From Candidatus Bathyarchaeota archaeon (lineage in GTDB: Archaea > Thermoproteota > Bathyarchaeia > 40CM-2-53-6): a DNA stretch of 64,000 bases. Below, piece by piece: positions 18,801 to 28,269 of the stretch. Both the position numbers and the translations under genes were made by a program. Positions within the stretch are counted from its first letter, which is position 1; every line of letters starts with the position of its first letter. The stretch spans positions 608,001-672,000 of the forward strand of contig CAVTBR010000001.1 of the NCBI GenBank assembly GCA_963733055.1, read 5' to 3'. The notes under the pieces are model-generated. The model saw nothing but the letters and a program-made list of their open reading frames with translations, searched no databases and was not told the DNA's origin.

Positions 18801-19841
18801 ATGTTAGTGGAGTTACGCTTTGCAATGCGTCAGGTTGTGTGGGGGTGGCGGCGGAGTACCTGGGACGAAACAACTAGGAGGCTAGTTTACTTTTCCGCTG
18901 ACTGCGAATACCACAACAACTCCGCCAAGCTTCACGACTCACGCTTAGTGATCACCAGGCGAGGAAGTGAACTTGAAGGTCTTCGTGAAAGAGCGCTCAA
19001 GGTGAAGGGAGCTCACGTCGAGTTCACCAAAAACAACCTAACTCTTTCGATCGGACCCATTAGAGAGGAGGATGAACAGAGAATAGGGAGATTGGATGGA
19101 AGTAGAAGACATGCTGTACGTGATCTCAGCCATTTTCATGGAACCCGTGAATGGCAGCACCACCTCGAAGAGATAGCAAAAAAACGACCGCGTCTCGTTG
19201 TTTATGTTGGAAGTGGCCTTAGCTACGAGGCGGGAGTCCCAACACTATCCTCCATGCATAGACTGTTTGGAGTCGATGGTGGGCCGGGAACCGACTTCTG
19301 CCTCGGACCCACCGACCCCTTGATCGAAGTCTTGACCACTAAGACCTTCCTCTGGTTTGTGGGTAGGGTGCAACGGTTCCACTCCGCCTGCGCACGCGCC
19401 CAACCGTCTATATCCCATCGACACTTAGAACGAGCCTATCGAGCGAGACGAGTGGCGTTAATTCTCACGGACAATGTTGACGACATCCTCGAAAGACGCT
19501 TCTCAATGCCAACACTTCCAACCAGGGGGGATGGGCTCACATCCCAAAGATACGCTGGGTTAGATGAGGTTGTCAAGGTTGTTCACTCCAGCCCTCATGC
19601 TATGCTTGTCGTCGGCGTCTCCGCAGATCGGCGGGGCGTCATCGAAACCCTGGCTAAGCTAATGCCGACAATCGTCATCAACCCCGCACTCCCCGTATCC
19701 CCCTCCTCCAAGAACCTAGATTACCTTGAACCCTTAGGGTTCGAGGAAACGGGCGCATCCAAGAACGGCCACGTGTTCATTAAGCAACCAGCCAGAAAAT
19801 GCATGGGCAAAGTACTCTCACTCCTGAGCAAGGCGGGTTAG
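18801..19841 (+). CDS. Divergent Sir2/DHS-like NAD-binding protein with N-terminal extension
   Basis: VYVGSGLSYEAGVPT (GAGxS..GIP), AQPSISH, ILTDNVD (TQNVD), LVVGVS, IVINP. Confidence 0.75.
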   Translation: MLVELRFAMRQVVWGWRRSTWDETTRRLVYFSADCEYHNNSAKLHDSRLVITRRGSELEGLRERALKVKGAHVEFTKNNLTLSIGPIREEDEQRIGRLDGSRRHAVRDLSHFHGTREWQHHLEEIAKKRPRLVVYVGSGLSYEAGVPTLSSMHRLFGVDGGPGTDFCLGPTDPLIEVLTTKTFLWFVGRVQRFHSACARAQPSISHRHLERAYRARRVALILTDNVDDILERRFSMPTLPTRGDGLTSQRYAGLDEVVKVVHSSPHAMLVVGVSADRRGVIETLAKLMPTIVINPALPVSPSSKNLDYLEPLGFEETGASKNGHVFIKQPARKCMGKVLSLLSKAG

Positions 19842-21173
19842 TTGAAGACAATCTCAATCTTCGGCCTTGGGCACGTTGGCTTAGTGAATGCGGTCTGCTT
19901 TACTCGAAGGGGCTACAAGGTAATCGGCATAGATGTCGACCCACAAAGATTGAAACAGATACAGAACGCCGAACCCCCTTTCATTGAAGCTTCCCTACCC
20001 GAGTACCTCGCAGATTCGATAAACAGAAAACTATTGCAAACAACAGATGACGCGTCATTAAACACCCAAGCCGACTACTGCTTCATAGCCGTTGAGACAC
20101 CAAGTAAGCCGGATGGAAGCGTAGACCTCAATCACGTGCAAGAGGCTTCGACGGCGATAGGGCGATCTCTACGAAAGAGGGACAATGACCAGCTGATTGT
20201 GATAATGAGCACGGTGCCTCCTGGAACCGCTCGAAACCTCGTCACCCCAACCCTTGAGAAAGAATCAGGGAAACGGAAAGGTCAGGGGTTCTGTCTTTGC
20301 TCGAATCCGGAGCTCTTTCGCCAGGGTGAAGCCATTCACGACACAGAACAACCCGACCGCATCATCATCGGCGGCGACGAACAAGACACTACAAGGCTTG
20401 AAACATTCTACAGAGAATTCTACCACGATAGGAATTACAAGGTACTCCGCACTACCCATGAGAACGCTGAGCTGATCAAATACGCGAATAGCGCGTTCAT
20501 CGCAGCAAAGATCAGCCTCATCAACTTCATAGCCGACATCGCCGAACAAGTCCCCCACGCCGACGTGAAAGCTATCGCAAAAGGCATCGGACTCGACCCC
20601 CGAATCGCGCCAGGCTCGCTACAGGCTGGGGTCGGATGGGGAGGACCCTGTCTTCCAAAGGATACCCTCGCCCTCACAAGGTTCAGCGAATCCCTGAACC
20701 TCGACACTGAACTACTTCAAGCCGTTCGGGCAGTCAATGCCGCGCACGGTTACAGGGCTGTAAAACTTGCAAAAGACGTGTTAGGTTCGCTGAAAGGAAA
20801 GAGAATTGCAGTTTTGGGGTTGGCGTTTAAGGCTGACACCAACAACATGAAAGACGCGCCTTCAATTGTAATCATCAAGGACCTGCTCGCCGACGGTGCA
20901 CATGTTGTGGCGTTTGACCCAAAATCCACCTCGACCGCAAGGAGTATGCTTGGAGACGGGGTTGAATATGCGAGCGACTCACTCTCGTGCATCAACCAAG
21001 CCGACTGCTGCATAATCGTCACGGAATGGAATGAATTCAAACAAATTCGACCAGAAACGTTTCTCAAGAAAATGAAGCAACCCATCGTAATAGATGGGAG
21101 ACGGATCTATGATGTCGATGCGTTTGCTAAAGCTGGCGTCCGGATCGTAGCGATCGGGGCATCCAAAAGCTGA
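19842..21173 (+). CDS. ugd: UDP-glucose/GDP-mannose 6-dehydrogenase
   Basis: GLGHVGL, VETPS, SNPELFRQGEAI, AELIKYANSAF, GWGGPCLPKD, LGLAFKADT, IDGRRIY. Confidence 0.92.
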   Translation: MKTISIFGLGHVGLVNAVCFTRRGYKVIGIDVDPQRLKQIQNAEPPFIEASLPEYLADSINRKLLQTTDDASLNTQADYCFIAVETPSKPDGSVDLNHVQEASTAIGRSLRKRDNDQLIVIMSTVPPGTARNLVTPTLEKESGKRKGQGFCLCSNPELFRQGEAIHDTEQPDRIIIGGDEQDTTRLETFYREFYHDRNYKVLRTTHENAELIKYANSAFIAAKISLINFIADIAEQVPHADVKAIAKGIGLDPRIAPGSLQAGVGWGGPCLPKDTLALTRFSESLNLDTELLQAVRAVNAAHGYRAVKLAKDVLGSLKGKRIAVLGLAFKADTNNMKDAPSIVIIKDLLADGAHVVAFDPKSTSTARSMLGDGVEYASDSLSCINQADCCIIVTEWNEFKQIRPETFLKKMKQPIVIDGRRIYDVDAFAKAGVRIVAIGASKS

Positions 21174-21225
21174 TCGGGTTCCCGTACTCGCGTCCTACCT
21201 TTTGCAACGCGAGTGACGAGTTGGT

Positions 21226-21666
21226 TTAGTGGGAGATTCTGGCCGTGTTCGAAGCAGTCTGGGTCGATACTGCGGTCTGTGTTGAGCTGCCGGAGGTGGA
21301 GGAGCATCCGGGTCCGACGTTCACCGTCACCGAGGCGCCGGCTGTGCCAACGGTTACGGTCTGGGAGAAGGGGAAGTTGCCGTAGCCGCCTTGAACCGTG
21401 TACGTTCCCACGGGAACTACTATGGTGGCTACTCCGTCCGCACCGGTGTAAAGCCACTGGCTTCGGCCGAGGCCCTGTAGTTGGACGATGGCGTTTGCTA
21501 TTCGGTTGCCGCCACAGTCCATAACTGTAACCCTAACCGCACCCGTAGCCTGCTGCGGCGAAAACCCGACCTCACCAAGCACAACGCCGACCGCTCCAGG
21601 AACCGTAGACACCGCGAGCAGCGCGGTTGTGATGAGCAGTAGTCCGATTAACCCAAATTTACGCAA
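21226..21666 (-). CDS. Small secreted beta-sandwich protein, paralog 2
   Basis: Same DCxGN...YTGADGVATI...GTYTVQGG...PFSQT...GPGCS pattern as 17298-17729. Confidence 0.72.
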   Translation of the reverse strand: MRKFGLIGLLLITTALLAVSTVPGAVGVVLGEVGFSPQQATGAVRVTVMDCGGNRIANAIVQLQGLGRSQWLYTGADGVATIVVPVGTYTVQGGYGNFPFSQTVTVGTAGASVTVNVGPGCSSTSGSSTQTAVSTQTASNTARISH

Positions 21667-21694
21667 ACCGGCAGCACCAACAAAATTTCCCCTA

Positions 21695-21716
21695 CACGAA
21701 CCATATCAGCATTACC
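21695..21716 (-). promoter_or_regulatory. Conserved upstream element of the small secreted paralogs (also 22185-22206; weaker copy about 17762-17786)
   Basis: cacgRaccatatcagcattacc lies about 30 bp upstream of both tandem paralogs; atatcagagttacc lies upstream of paralog 1. Confidence 0.6.
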
Positions 21717-21732
21717 ACGTCGCCGGTTTGGT

Positions 21733-22158
21733 CTAACGAGCAATTTTGGGCTGGTGGGCGGCTGCTGTCTGAGATATGGGCTGGACTACGATGCCGACGA
21801 TGGAGCATCCGGCTCCGAGGGTCTCGGTCGCTGTGAATCCCGCTGTGGTAAGGTTGATGGTTTGGTTGAAGGGGAATGTGGCGTAGCCGCCTTGAACAAC
21901 ATAGTTTCCCACGGGGGCTACTAATGTAGCTACTCCGTTCGGGGCGGTGTATATCCATTGGCTCGTCCCGAGGCTTTGCAGTTGGATCACTGCGTTCGGA
22001 ACTGGGTTACCGGCGCAGTCGTGAATTGTAACCGTAACCGTGCCGAGGGGAGAAATTCCTGTGTCTCCAAGAACGGTACCGAAAGTTCCTGGAACAATGA
22101 AAATAACAAGAGATGTGGCTAGAATCAGTGATAACCCAATTGCCCTAAATTTACTCAA
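21733..22158 (-). CDS. Small secreted beta-sandwich protein, paralog 3
   Basis: HDCAGNPVPNAVIQL...YTAPNGVATL...GAGCS; shares the QIARI/KIAR-type C-terminal end with paralog 2 (NTARISH vs KIAR). Confidence 0.72.
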   Translation of the reverse strand: MSKFRAIGLSLILATSLVIFIVPGTFGTVLGDTGISPLGTVTVTIHDCAGNPVPNAVIQLQSLGTSQWIYTAPNGVATLVAPVGNYVVQGGYATFPFNQTINLTTAGFTATETLGAGCSIVGIVVQPISQTAAAHQPKIAR

Positions 22159-22405
22159 TCGAAAGCACTAAGGTGGTTCTCGTTCACGGACCATATCAGC
22201 ATTACCTCGGCTTCCGCAAGTGACAACCTGAAAGTGACCCTGCACGCGTAATTCTGAACGGTGTAAGGTCTACCCGCCCCTAGCTTTGGTCAACTAACCT
22301 GAGCGTTTTCTAGGTGATCCGTTAACTTCGGGGAACATGAACAAGTCCAACCCTCTGGCTTAGGATGATGCATCTAAACAAACTTCGAGATCAAATGCAA
22401 TTATT

Positions 22406-23224
22406 GTGAATGCCGCTGCCTCGAACGTTGCGGGGATGCGAGTGTTTGAGAGATCAAAGCGAACCTATCTTCTCTCTCTGATCATAGCCCTGATGCTTCT
22501 CTCTGCCTCGTTCAGTTCTTCGTTACCTAGACCCGCATTAGGGCAGTCCGCTGAGGCGAACGTGTTCTTTGACGATTTCCAATCTTACCATGTCGGTACA
22601 TTCTACCCGCTTGGAGGGTGGCAGTTCTTGGGCAACCCCAACATAGGCCTCATCAACATAACCGGCCTTAGATCGTATGCGGGTACAAGATCGCTGCTTC
22701 TGAATGACTCAAGCGTCCTGAGGTGGTTCGGTTTTCAGGCTCAGTCGGTCGGCTATGAGGTTGCTGTCTACGCGGCGGGCAGCGGCGATGGCAATTTCGG
22801 CGTAATGTTAGCCAATAGGCTTGGGTTCTTGAATCGGAATTATCAGTGTGGGTATTGCTTTTGGGCTGGGGTTGATTTCCTTAGCCCGAGCATGTCGATC
22901 TGGGTGGGCGACGGCAATCAGGTTAGGGTTGTGGGATCATGGGTCCCGGATGTGTGGTATATTGTCAGGGTGGTTCTCTCCGCGCCCACGTACACCTATG
23001 ATGTTTGGATAAATGGTACGCTGGTAGCACAAAACCTGCAAACATACTGGCCTCACGGCGAGCTTGTTGATTCAATTATCCTCCACGCCTACACGGGCCT
23101 AAACGTCTTCTTCGATAATGTGAGAGTCTTCGCCGCATTTTCCACGACCGGCGAAATCCAATCCAGCTTCCTCCTAGGCGCTACGGCAAGCCGTGAATGC
23201 TCTAGTCCGGATAACTTGGCCTAG
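22406..23224 (+). CDS. Secreted concanavalin-A/lectin-like beta-sandwich protein, possibly C-terminally decayed
   Basis: Signal peptide; FFDDFQSY, WYIVRV..YDVWINGTLV, FFDNVRV. Same-frame continuation at 23291-23509 after two stops. Confidence 0.62.
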   Translation: MNAAASNVAGMRVFERSKRTYLLSLIIALMLLSASFSSSLPRPALGQSAEANVFFDDFQSYHVGTFYPLGGWQFLGNPNIGLINITGLRSYAGTRSLLLNDSSVLRWFGFQAQSVGYEVAVYAAGSGDGNFGVMLANRLGFLNRNYQCGYCFWAGVDFLSPSMSIWVGDGNQVRVVGSWVPDVWYIVRVVLSAPTYTYDVWINGTLVAQNLQTYWPHGELVDSIILHAYTGLNVFFDNVRVFAAFSTTGEIQSSFLLGATASRECSSPDNLA

Positions 23225-23505
23225 CACCGGCTTTCACTGACCTCTCGCGGCTAAAGAAAGATACCCACGGAGTCGAGCCGTCCCAGGTGGGTGAACACCT
23301 TTTCGCGAGATGTCACCACCGGTGAGGGCATCTACGGTTCAATTGAACACAATCCAAGGTATCCCCGCGTTGAAGTAGGCCCACACGTAGCACACGTGGG
23401 CTACACCCTTGTTTTCAGGGCGTTTCCCGCGGGTGGCGTTGGATACATATTCAACACATGGTCCTATGCGCCCGTGGTTTTGTTGAAGATTGCATCTGGC
23501 TATAG

Positions 23506-25530
23506 CTAAGTTACTGTAACCTTAGCGGTTGCTTTGCTGGGCAGTAACTGCGGGCTTACGCTATAATCGCCAAGGAAGAACGCGTCCACATTGAATGGTC
23601 CGGTTGTATTGGGTGCCGTTACGTTGCACGTGTAATTCCCCAACGCCCCCCCGGTTTGGGTGGTCACCGTAACGATATTCGAACTCCAACTGACTACACA
23701 CTCAATCGGTTCACTCCCTATCCCGGCTCCACTCGAGACAAGCCTCAACTGACCCGAAACCGTGAACATGGTTCCATGCATTGGAGTCGAGTTCGAAGCA
23801 GTTGCCGTGATGTTGGTTTGGGCAGGCGACCCAATTGACCCGGACTGCAAGTTCAATGTGATCGTTCCCGGCCCGGAAAAAGTGACTGGTGTGACATCGC
23901 TTGACCCCCCGCAAGAGAGGCCCAGGGTACAGACCCAACTTGCAACTGAGTATCCAATTGGCACGTAACATGCGCTTACCGTACCGAAATTCGTGAAGTA
24001 TGCCATAGTCCCATCGGGTTCGTTCGAGTCCGCACATGCACCCCAACCAATCACAGTTAATGCAGGGATTATGTGGAAAGTCACCTGAGCCTGGAAGGTT
24101 GCCGTGAGCGATCCATCACCGGTAACGGTGCAGGCAGTTGGGTTACTGGTGCTACTAGTGCAACTCACGCCGGCCGTCCACGTCCAACGGACAAACTGCC
24201 AACCAGTCGAAGGCGAAGGCAAATTCGCCGTAGCTGAGAAACCAACACCACAATTCTGTGAAGACTGCCCATTCGTGAAGGGTCCGCCACCGCACGCGCT
24301 AATAGAACCTGCAGTAAACGCTCCGTCAAAACTCGTTGGAATCGTATTGAAAATAACCGTAGGAGGTTTGCTCTCGGTGAAGACTATTTGGCCGAGAACG
24401 GCGTTCGAATTGCAAGGACCCAGGTTAAGGTTGTTAGTTTCCCCCGTATAACCGATGTTCACGCAAGACGGTCCGATCACGCTTCCATGTTGATCCTTCA
24501 AAGTATTCGTGACGGTGATCGTTGTTCCCGTATTGAATTGCGCCTGAGAACCGTTACTCGCCCCGAAGACGTTGAATTCAGAATCAAGCCAGTTCAGGTA
24601 CAGATTCACAACCTGATCTGTGACGGTCATGGAATAGCAACTTCCCCCCGAGATACAGAGCATGTTAACGTCATTTCCAGAACTGCCAGAAAATCCCTCT
24701 AGGCTCAGGTTAGCAAGGTTCGTAGCTGCCTCCAATGGAGTGGGAACCAAAGGGCTGTTAGCATAACAGTCGTTATCGCTCTGCATCCAAGCGCTTCCGC
24801 CCGGAGGACCAGGGCTCGGGCAAGTTCCATAACTACTGTGGTAGCCGATTAGCCAATACTGGATAAACACTACTCCACAGTTACATCCGCTATTAACGCT
24901 TGGACTGTTATAAAACACGAATTGTTCCCAGCCTGTAGTTGACTTGCTCCCGGTGTAAGTTGTGCTAGTGGTGAAGAACTGCGAGTTGATTTGGAGAGTA
25001 TAGGCATTAGCTCCCTCACCTCCGCTTGTACAGAACGGGGGTGGTCCCACACACACATCAGTTTCGCTCGTCAATCCGAAGGTCCCAAGCGTTCCAATTG
25101 AGCTACCGATTATAGTGCCAGGAGACCGCGCAACTTCGTCATCTCCGTCACCGACAGTTGAAGTGGACCCGCCGACCGTTGCCGGTGAAGGTTGCACCGG
25201 CGGTGCGTAGGCGGAAACGCACTGAATCGGTTGCCAAATCGTACTCGGATAAGCAACCGTAAAGCATCCTGCTTGCGACGGCGGAATATGTGCGATTTGT
25301 GTTCTCCATGACGGCCAGTCTGTGGGAATCGATATGTTGGAAACCGTTGTAGTGGTAGAGTTTGCACCATCTGCCAACGGAACTGAGGGGTTCAATGGGT
25401 TGGGAGCTTTCATCAACGATTGCGACGAAAGTGGCACTGATTGAACACTGTGAATTAGTAAGACGGTGCTCAGCAAGAGAAGAGTAATGAGGAGTCTTGT
25501 TTTCGATCTGAACCGAACGGATGCAGGCAT
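23506..25530 (-). CDS. Large secreted Cys-rich multi-domain surface protein (putative thermopsin-like N-domain + B-repeat/Ig-like domains)
   Basis: Signal peptide; YTLQINSQ/WEQFV/IQYWL/EFNVFG motifs; GWQFVRW...SLTATF repeat-like unit; more than 20 Cys. Confidence 0.6.
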   Translation of the reverse strand: MPASVRFRSKTRLLITLLLLSTVLLIHSVQSVPLSSQSLMKAPNPLNPSVPLADGANSTTTTVSNISIPTDWPSWRTQIAHIPPSQAGCFTVAYPSTIWQPIQCVSAYAPPVQPSPATVGGSTSTVGDGDDEVARSPGTIIGSSIGTLGTFGLTSETDVCVGPPPFCTSGGEGANAYTLQINSQFFTTSTTYTGSKSTTGWEQFVFYNSPSVNSGCNCGVVFIQYWLIGYHSSYGTCPSPGPPGGSAWMQSDNDCYANSPLVPTPLEAATNLANLSLEGFSGSSGNDVNMLCISGGSCYSMTVTDQVVNLYLNWLDSEFNVFGASNGSQAQFNTGTTITVTNTLKDQHGSVIGPSCVNIGYTGETNNLNLGPCNSNAVLGQIVFTESKPPTVIFNTIPTSFDGAFTAGSISACGGGPFTNGQSSQNCGVGFSATANLPSPSTGWQFVRWTWTAGVSCTSSTSNPTACTVTGDGSLTATFQAQVTFHIIPALTVIGWGACADSNEPDGTMAYFTNFGTVSACYVPIGYSVASWVCTLGLSCGGSSDVTPVTFSGPGTITLNLQSGSIGSPAQTNITATASNSTPMHGTMFTVSGQLRLVSSGAGIGSEPIECVVSWSSNIVTVTTQTGGALGNYTCNVTAPNTTGPFNVDAFFLGDYSVSPQLLPSKATAKVTVT

Positions 25531-25808
25531 TTTCTTCGGCCCTTCACATTTTACGCTAAGGATCGAGCAAATTTATCCGTGTAGCCACTTTACTTGAACA
25601 GTTTCTTTCTTTTAGTCACTACACTTGACAAGTTTAGCAAAAAGAAACGCGGGTACCAAGACTTGGAATTCCAAGCTATATACCGGAAATTGCACCGCTA
25701 ATGTCGGCCTCACTAAGGGTAGAAAGATCATCCGTCTTAGGTCTAGGTTTCTGCGAACGCTGAACTTTTTTCAGAGTACACTATGAATAGCAATGAGAAG
25801 GCAATGGT

Positions 25809-26306
25809 TTGCGACGCGGCAACGTAAGACGAGTTACGGCCTTGATTCTGTTAGTTATCGGCGTGGCCGGTGTCAGCGCGACAGCTACTCTCTTGCTTGA
25901 GGGCCATCTCATCAGCCCGGGAATCATAACGGAAACCTCGACCAATCTCTCAAGCATACCGTTCAATTCTTCTGTATACTTGAGCTCTGACGTAGGTTCG
26001 TGCAGGGGACCAGCAGGGTACGCTCCTTGTTTTGGAGGCAATCTCAGTCATGCGGAAGTATTCAACTGTGTTGCCGCGGCTGCATCGGCGTCGGGGTGCA
26101 CTCAGCGTGTGGTGAGTTCATCGAATCCACAAAATAGTTTTCAGATAACTATCTGGTATCCCTACGTCGGCCATAGCAACGAGTCGTCGTGGGCGAACTG
26201 CATGTATACGGATAGCGGTGATCCGGGGCAGTATTACGGTGCATACTGTGTTTCAGTAAGTTCAACGGCATTCATCGTTACCGAACCAGCCCCGCCACCA
26301 CTCTGA
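25809..26306 (+). CDS. Hypothetical N-terminally anchored/secreted protein with 6 Cys
   Basis: Basic N-terminus + hydrophobic helix; Ser/Gly/Cys-rich body. Confidence 0.6.
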   Translation: MRRGNVRRVTALILLVIGVAGVSATATLLLEGHLISPGIITETSTNLSSIPFNSSVYLSSDVGSCRGPAGYAPCFGGNLSHAEVFNCVAAAASASGCTQRVVSSSNPQNSFQITIWYPYVGHSNESSWANCMYTDSGDPGQYYGAYCVSVSSTAFIVTEPAPPPL

Positions 26307-26578
26307 ACAAGTTTTGAAAACATTAAACCCGGGGGAGTTTTGTCGTCTCCGCCGTGCACCTAAGCAGGGTGTGATACACGTGTGCTACACCCTGTTGTTA
26401 CCCCCGCTCAAGCCGAAAACTCGCGCATTGTAGACCTTACTTGCTGCCCATTGTACCCTTCCGGCCACTAGTGAGCCCTTGGGGTCATGGTTGCCGGCTT
26501 CTCTCGCAACTAGCGTGTCCGACACTGTCCGACACCAGTGATTTGTCCGCCAAACCACCCGCTTCTCTTCCCTTCCCG

Positions 26579-26738
26579 CAACTGTGCCACAGTGGTTTCG
26601 CAACTGTGATACAGTTGTTCACGAAGAAACGGAACATCTGCAAGCCTAACCCGGTGCACCACACCCCTGTAAAGCACATAGCTGGCGACGACCCGATTGA
26701 TGCTTCAACTGGGACACAGTTCAACTAGACCCCAGTTG
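26579..26738. promoter_or_regulatory. Four copies of palindrome CAACTG-N5-CAGTTG (operator-like array) upstream of rmlC
   Basis: 26579 caactg-tgcca-cagtgg; 26601 caactg-tgata-cagttg; 26706 caactg-ggaca-cagttc; 26722 caacta-gaccc-cagttg. Confidence 0.65.
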
Positions 26739-26793
26739 GGGCGTAAGAAAAGCCAAAAGCACAGTCCAGACAACGCATTGGAGATGACGTAGC

Positions 26794-27333
26794 ATGGGTA
26801 AAGCAGAGATTGGTTCGAAGTTTACTGAGCGGCTTTCCCGCCAAGCCTACGGCGAGAGTAAAGCGATTGATGGTGTCAAGTTTATTGAATTCAAATTCTT
26901 CAACGACGACGGCGGAGACTTCCACGAAATAACCCGCATGGCCAATGGCCGGGCTAGCTTTCTTGAGGGTTTCGAGGTTCGTCAGGTGAATCGGTCGAGG
27001 TTTAACCCTGGGCTCGTGAAGGCGTTTCACCTGCATTTGGAGCAGGATGAGGTATGGGCTGTTCATCCGCTCGATCGGCTGCTTGTGGGGTTGGTTGATG
27101 TTAGGAAGGGTTCGAAGACGGAGGGCGCCTCGATGCGCTTCGTGTTAGGCGGCGGGAAATCAAAGTTCCTCTACATACCCAGAGGCGTCGCCCACGGCGG
27201 AACAGCCCTCGGAACAAACCCAGTCGACGTGGTCTACCTGATGAACCAGCAATTCTCCCCCGACAACCCAGACGAATGGCGCCTACCATGGGACACCCTC
27301 GGTTCGGAGTTCTGGAAGATAAGCAAAGGTTAA
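26794..27333 (+). CDS. rmlC: dTDP-4-dehydrorhamnose 3,5-epimerase (cupin)
   Basis: DDGGDFHE, QVNRS, VKAFHLH, LVDVRKGS, LYIPRGVAHG. Confidence 0.88.
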   Translation: MGKAEIGSKFTERLSRQAYGESKAIDGVKFIEFKFFNDDGGDFHEITRMANGRASFLEGFEVRQVNRSRFNPGLVKAFHLHLEQDEVWAVHPLDRLLVGLVDVRKGSKTEGASMRFVLGGGKSKFLYIPRGVAHGGTALGTNPVDVVYLMNQQFSPDNPDEWRLPWDTLGSEFWKISKG

Positions 27334-27375
27334 GCGAATACGGTCACTTCGTTGACTCAGGCATCGGGGTGAAAA

Positions 27376-28269
27376 TTGTTGAAGGGTATAGTTCTCGCCG
27401 GCGGTTTAGGCACGAGGCTGTATCCAATGACGCACGTCCTCAGCAAACACCTACTCCCCATCTACGACAAACCCATGGTCTTCTACCCCCTAAGCACCCT
27501 GATGCTCGCCGGCATCCGAGACATACTCATCGTAAGCACACCACACGACCTGCCCATGTACAAACAACTCCTAAGCGACGGCTCCGAGCTCGGAATCAAA
27601 CTCAGCTACATCGAACAAACGACCCCCGGCGGCATAGCTCAAGCCTTCATCGTCGGCCGCAACTTCATCAAAACAGATTCAGTCGCACTCATTCTTGGGG
27701 ATAACATATTCTACGGCCAAGGCCTAGCCGGCCTATTCCAGACCGCTGTCGCTGAAAACGATGGTGGTACAATCTTCTGCTATTCCGTCAAGGATCCCGA
27801 AAGATACGGAGTCGCGGAATTCGACAAGAAAGGCAACTTGGTTGGGCTCGTGGAGAAACCTAGCAAACCAAAATCAAACTACGCCGTAACCGGATTGTAC
27901 TTGTACGACAACGCCGTCCTGGAAATCACAAGCAAGCTAAAACCCTCATCCCGCGGCGAACTCGAAATCACAGACGTGAACAAGGAGTACTTGCGTCGAG
28001 GAAAATTGAAACTCATAAAGTTCGGGCGCGGCGTAGCTTGGCTCGACACGGGCACACCGGAAGCGTTGCTCGAATCCGCACAATACTTTGCGGCCATAGA
28101 ACACCGGCAGGGGTTGAAGGTGGCTTGCCTAGAAGAAGTCGCATACCGAATGGGCTACATCAACTCCTCAAAGCTGTTGAAGCTCTCCGAAAAGTACACT
28201 GGAGAATACGGCGACTACCTCCGCGCCATCGCGAAGGAACATACAGACAACACCGGCATCACCCTATGA
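27376..28269 (+). CDS. rmlA: Glucose-1-phosphate thymidylyltransferase (short form)
   Basis: [54 protein letters not shown]. Confidence 0.96.
   Translation: MLKGIVLAGGLGTRLYPMTHVLSKHLLPIYDKPMVFYPLSTLMLAGIRDILIVSTPHDLPMYKQLLSDGSELGIKLSYIEQTTPGGIAQAFIVGRNFIKTDSVALILGDNIFYGQGLAGLFQTAVAENDGGTIFCYSVKDPERYGVAEFDKKGNLVGLVEKPSKPKSNYAVTGLYLYDNAVLEITSKLKPSSRGELEITDVNKEYLRRGKLKLIKFGRGVAWLDTGTPEALLESAQYFAAIEHRQGLKVACLEEVAYRMGYINSSKLLKLSEKYTGEYGDYLRAIAKEHTDNTGITL

Noticed and set aside
17298-22158. Diversity-generating retroelement TR/VR pair among the small paralogs
   Set aside because: Differences are not adenine-specific by eye and no reverse transcriptase is present
26440-26470. SRP RNA helix 8 (GGCCGGAAGGG on the minus strand)
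   Set aside because: The required CAGG...GGAA...AGCAG symmetric-loop spacing is not met, and no Alu-domain match is visible
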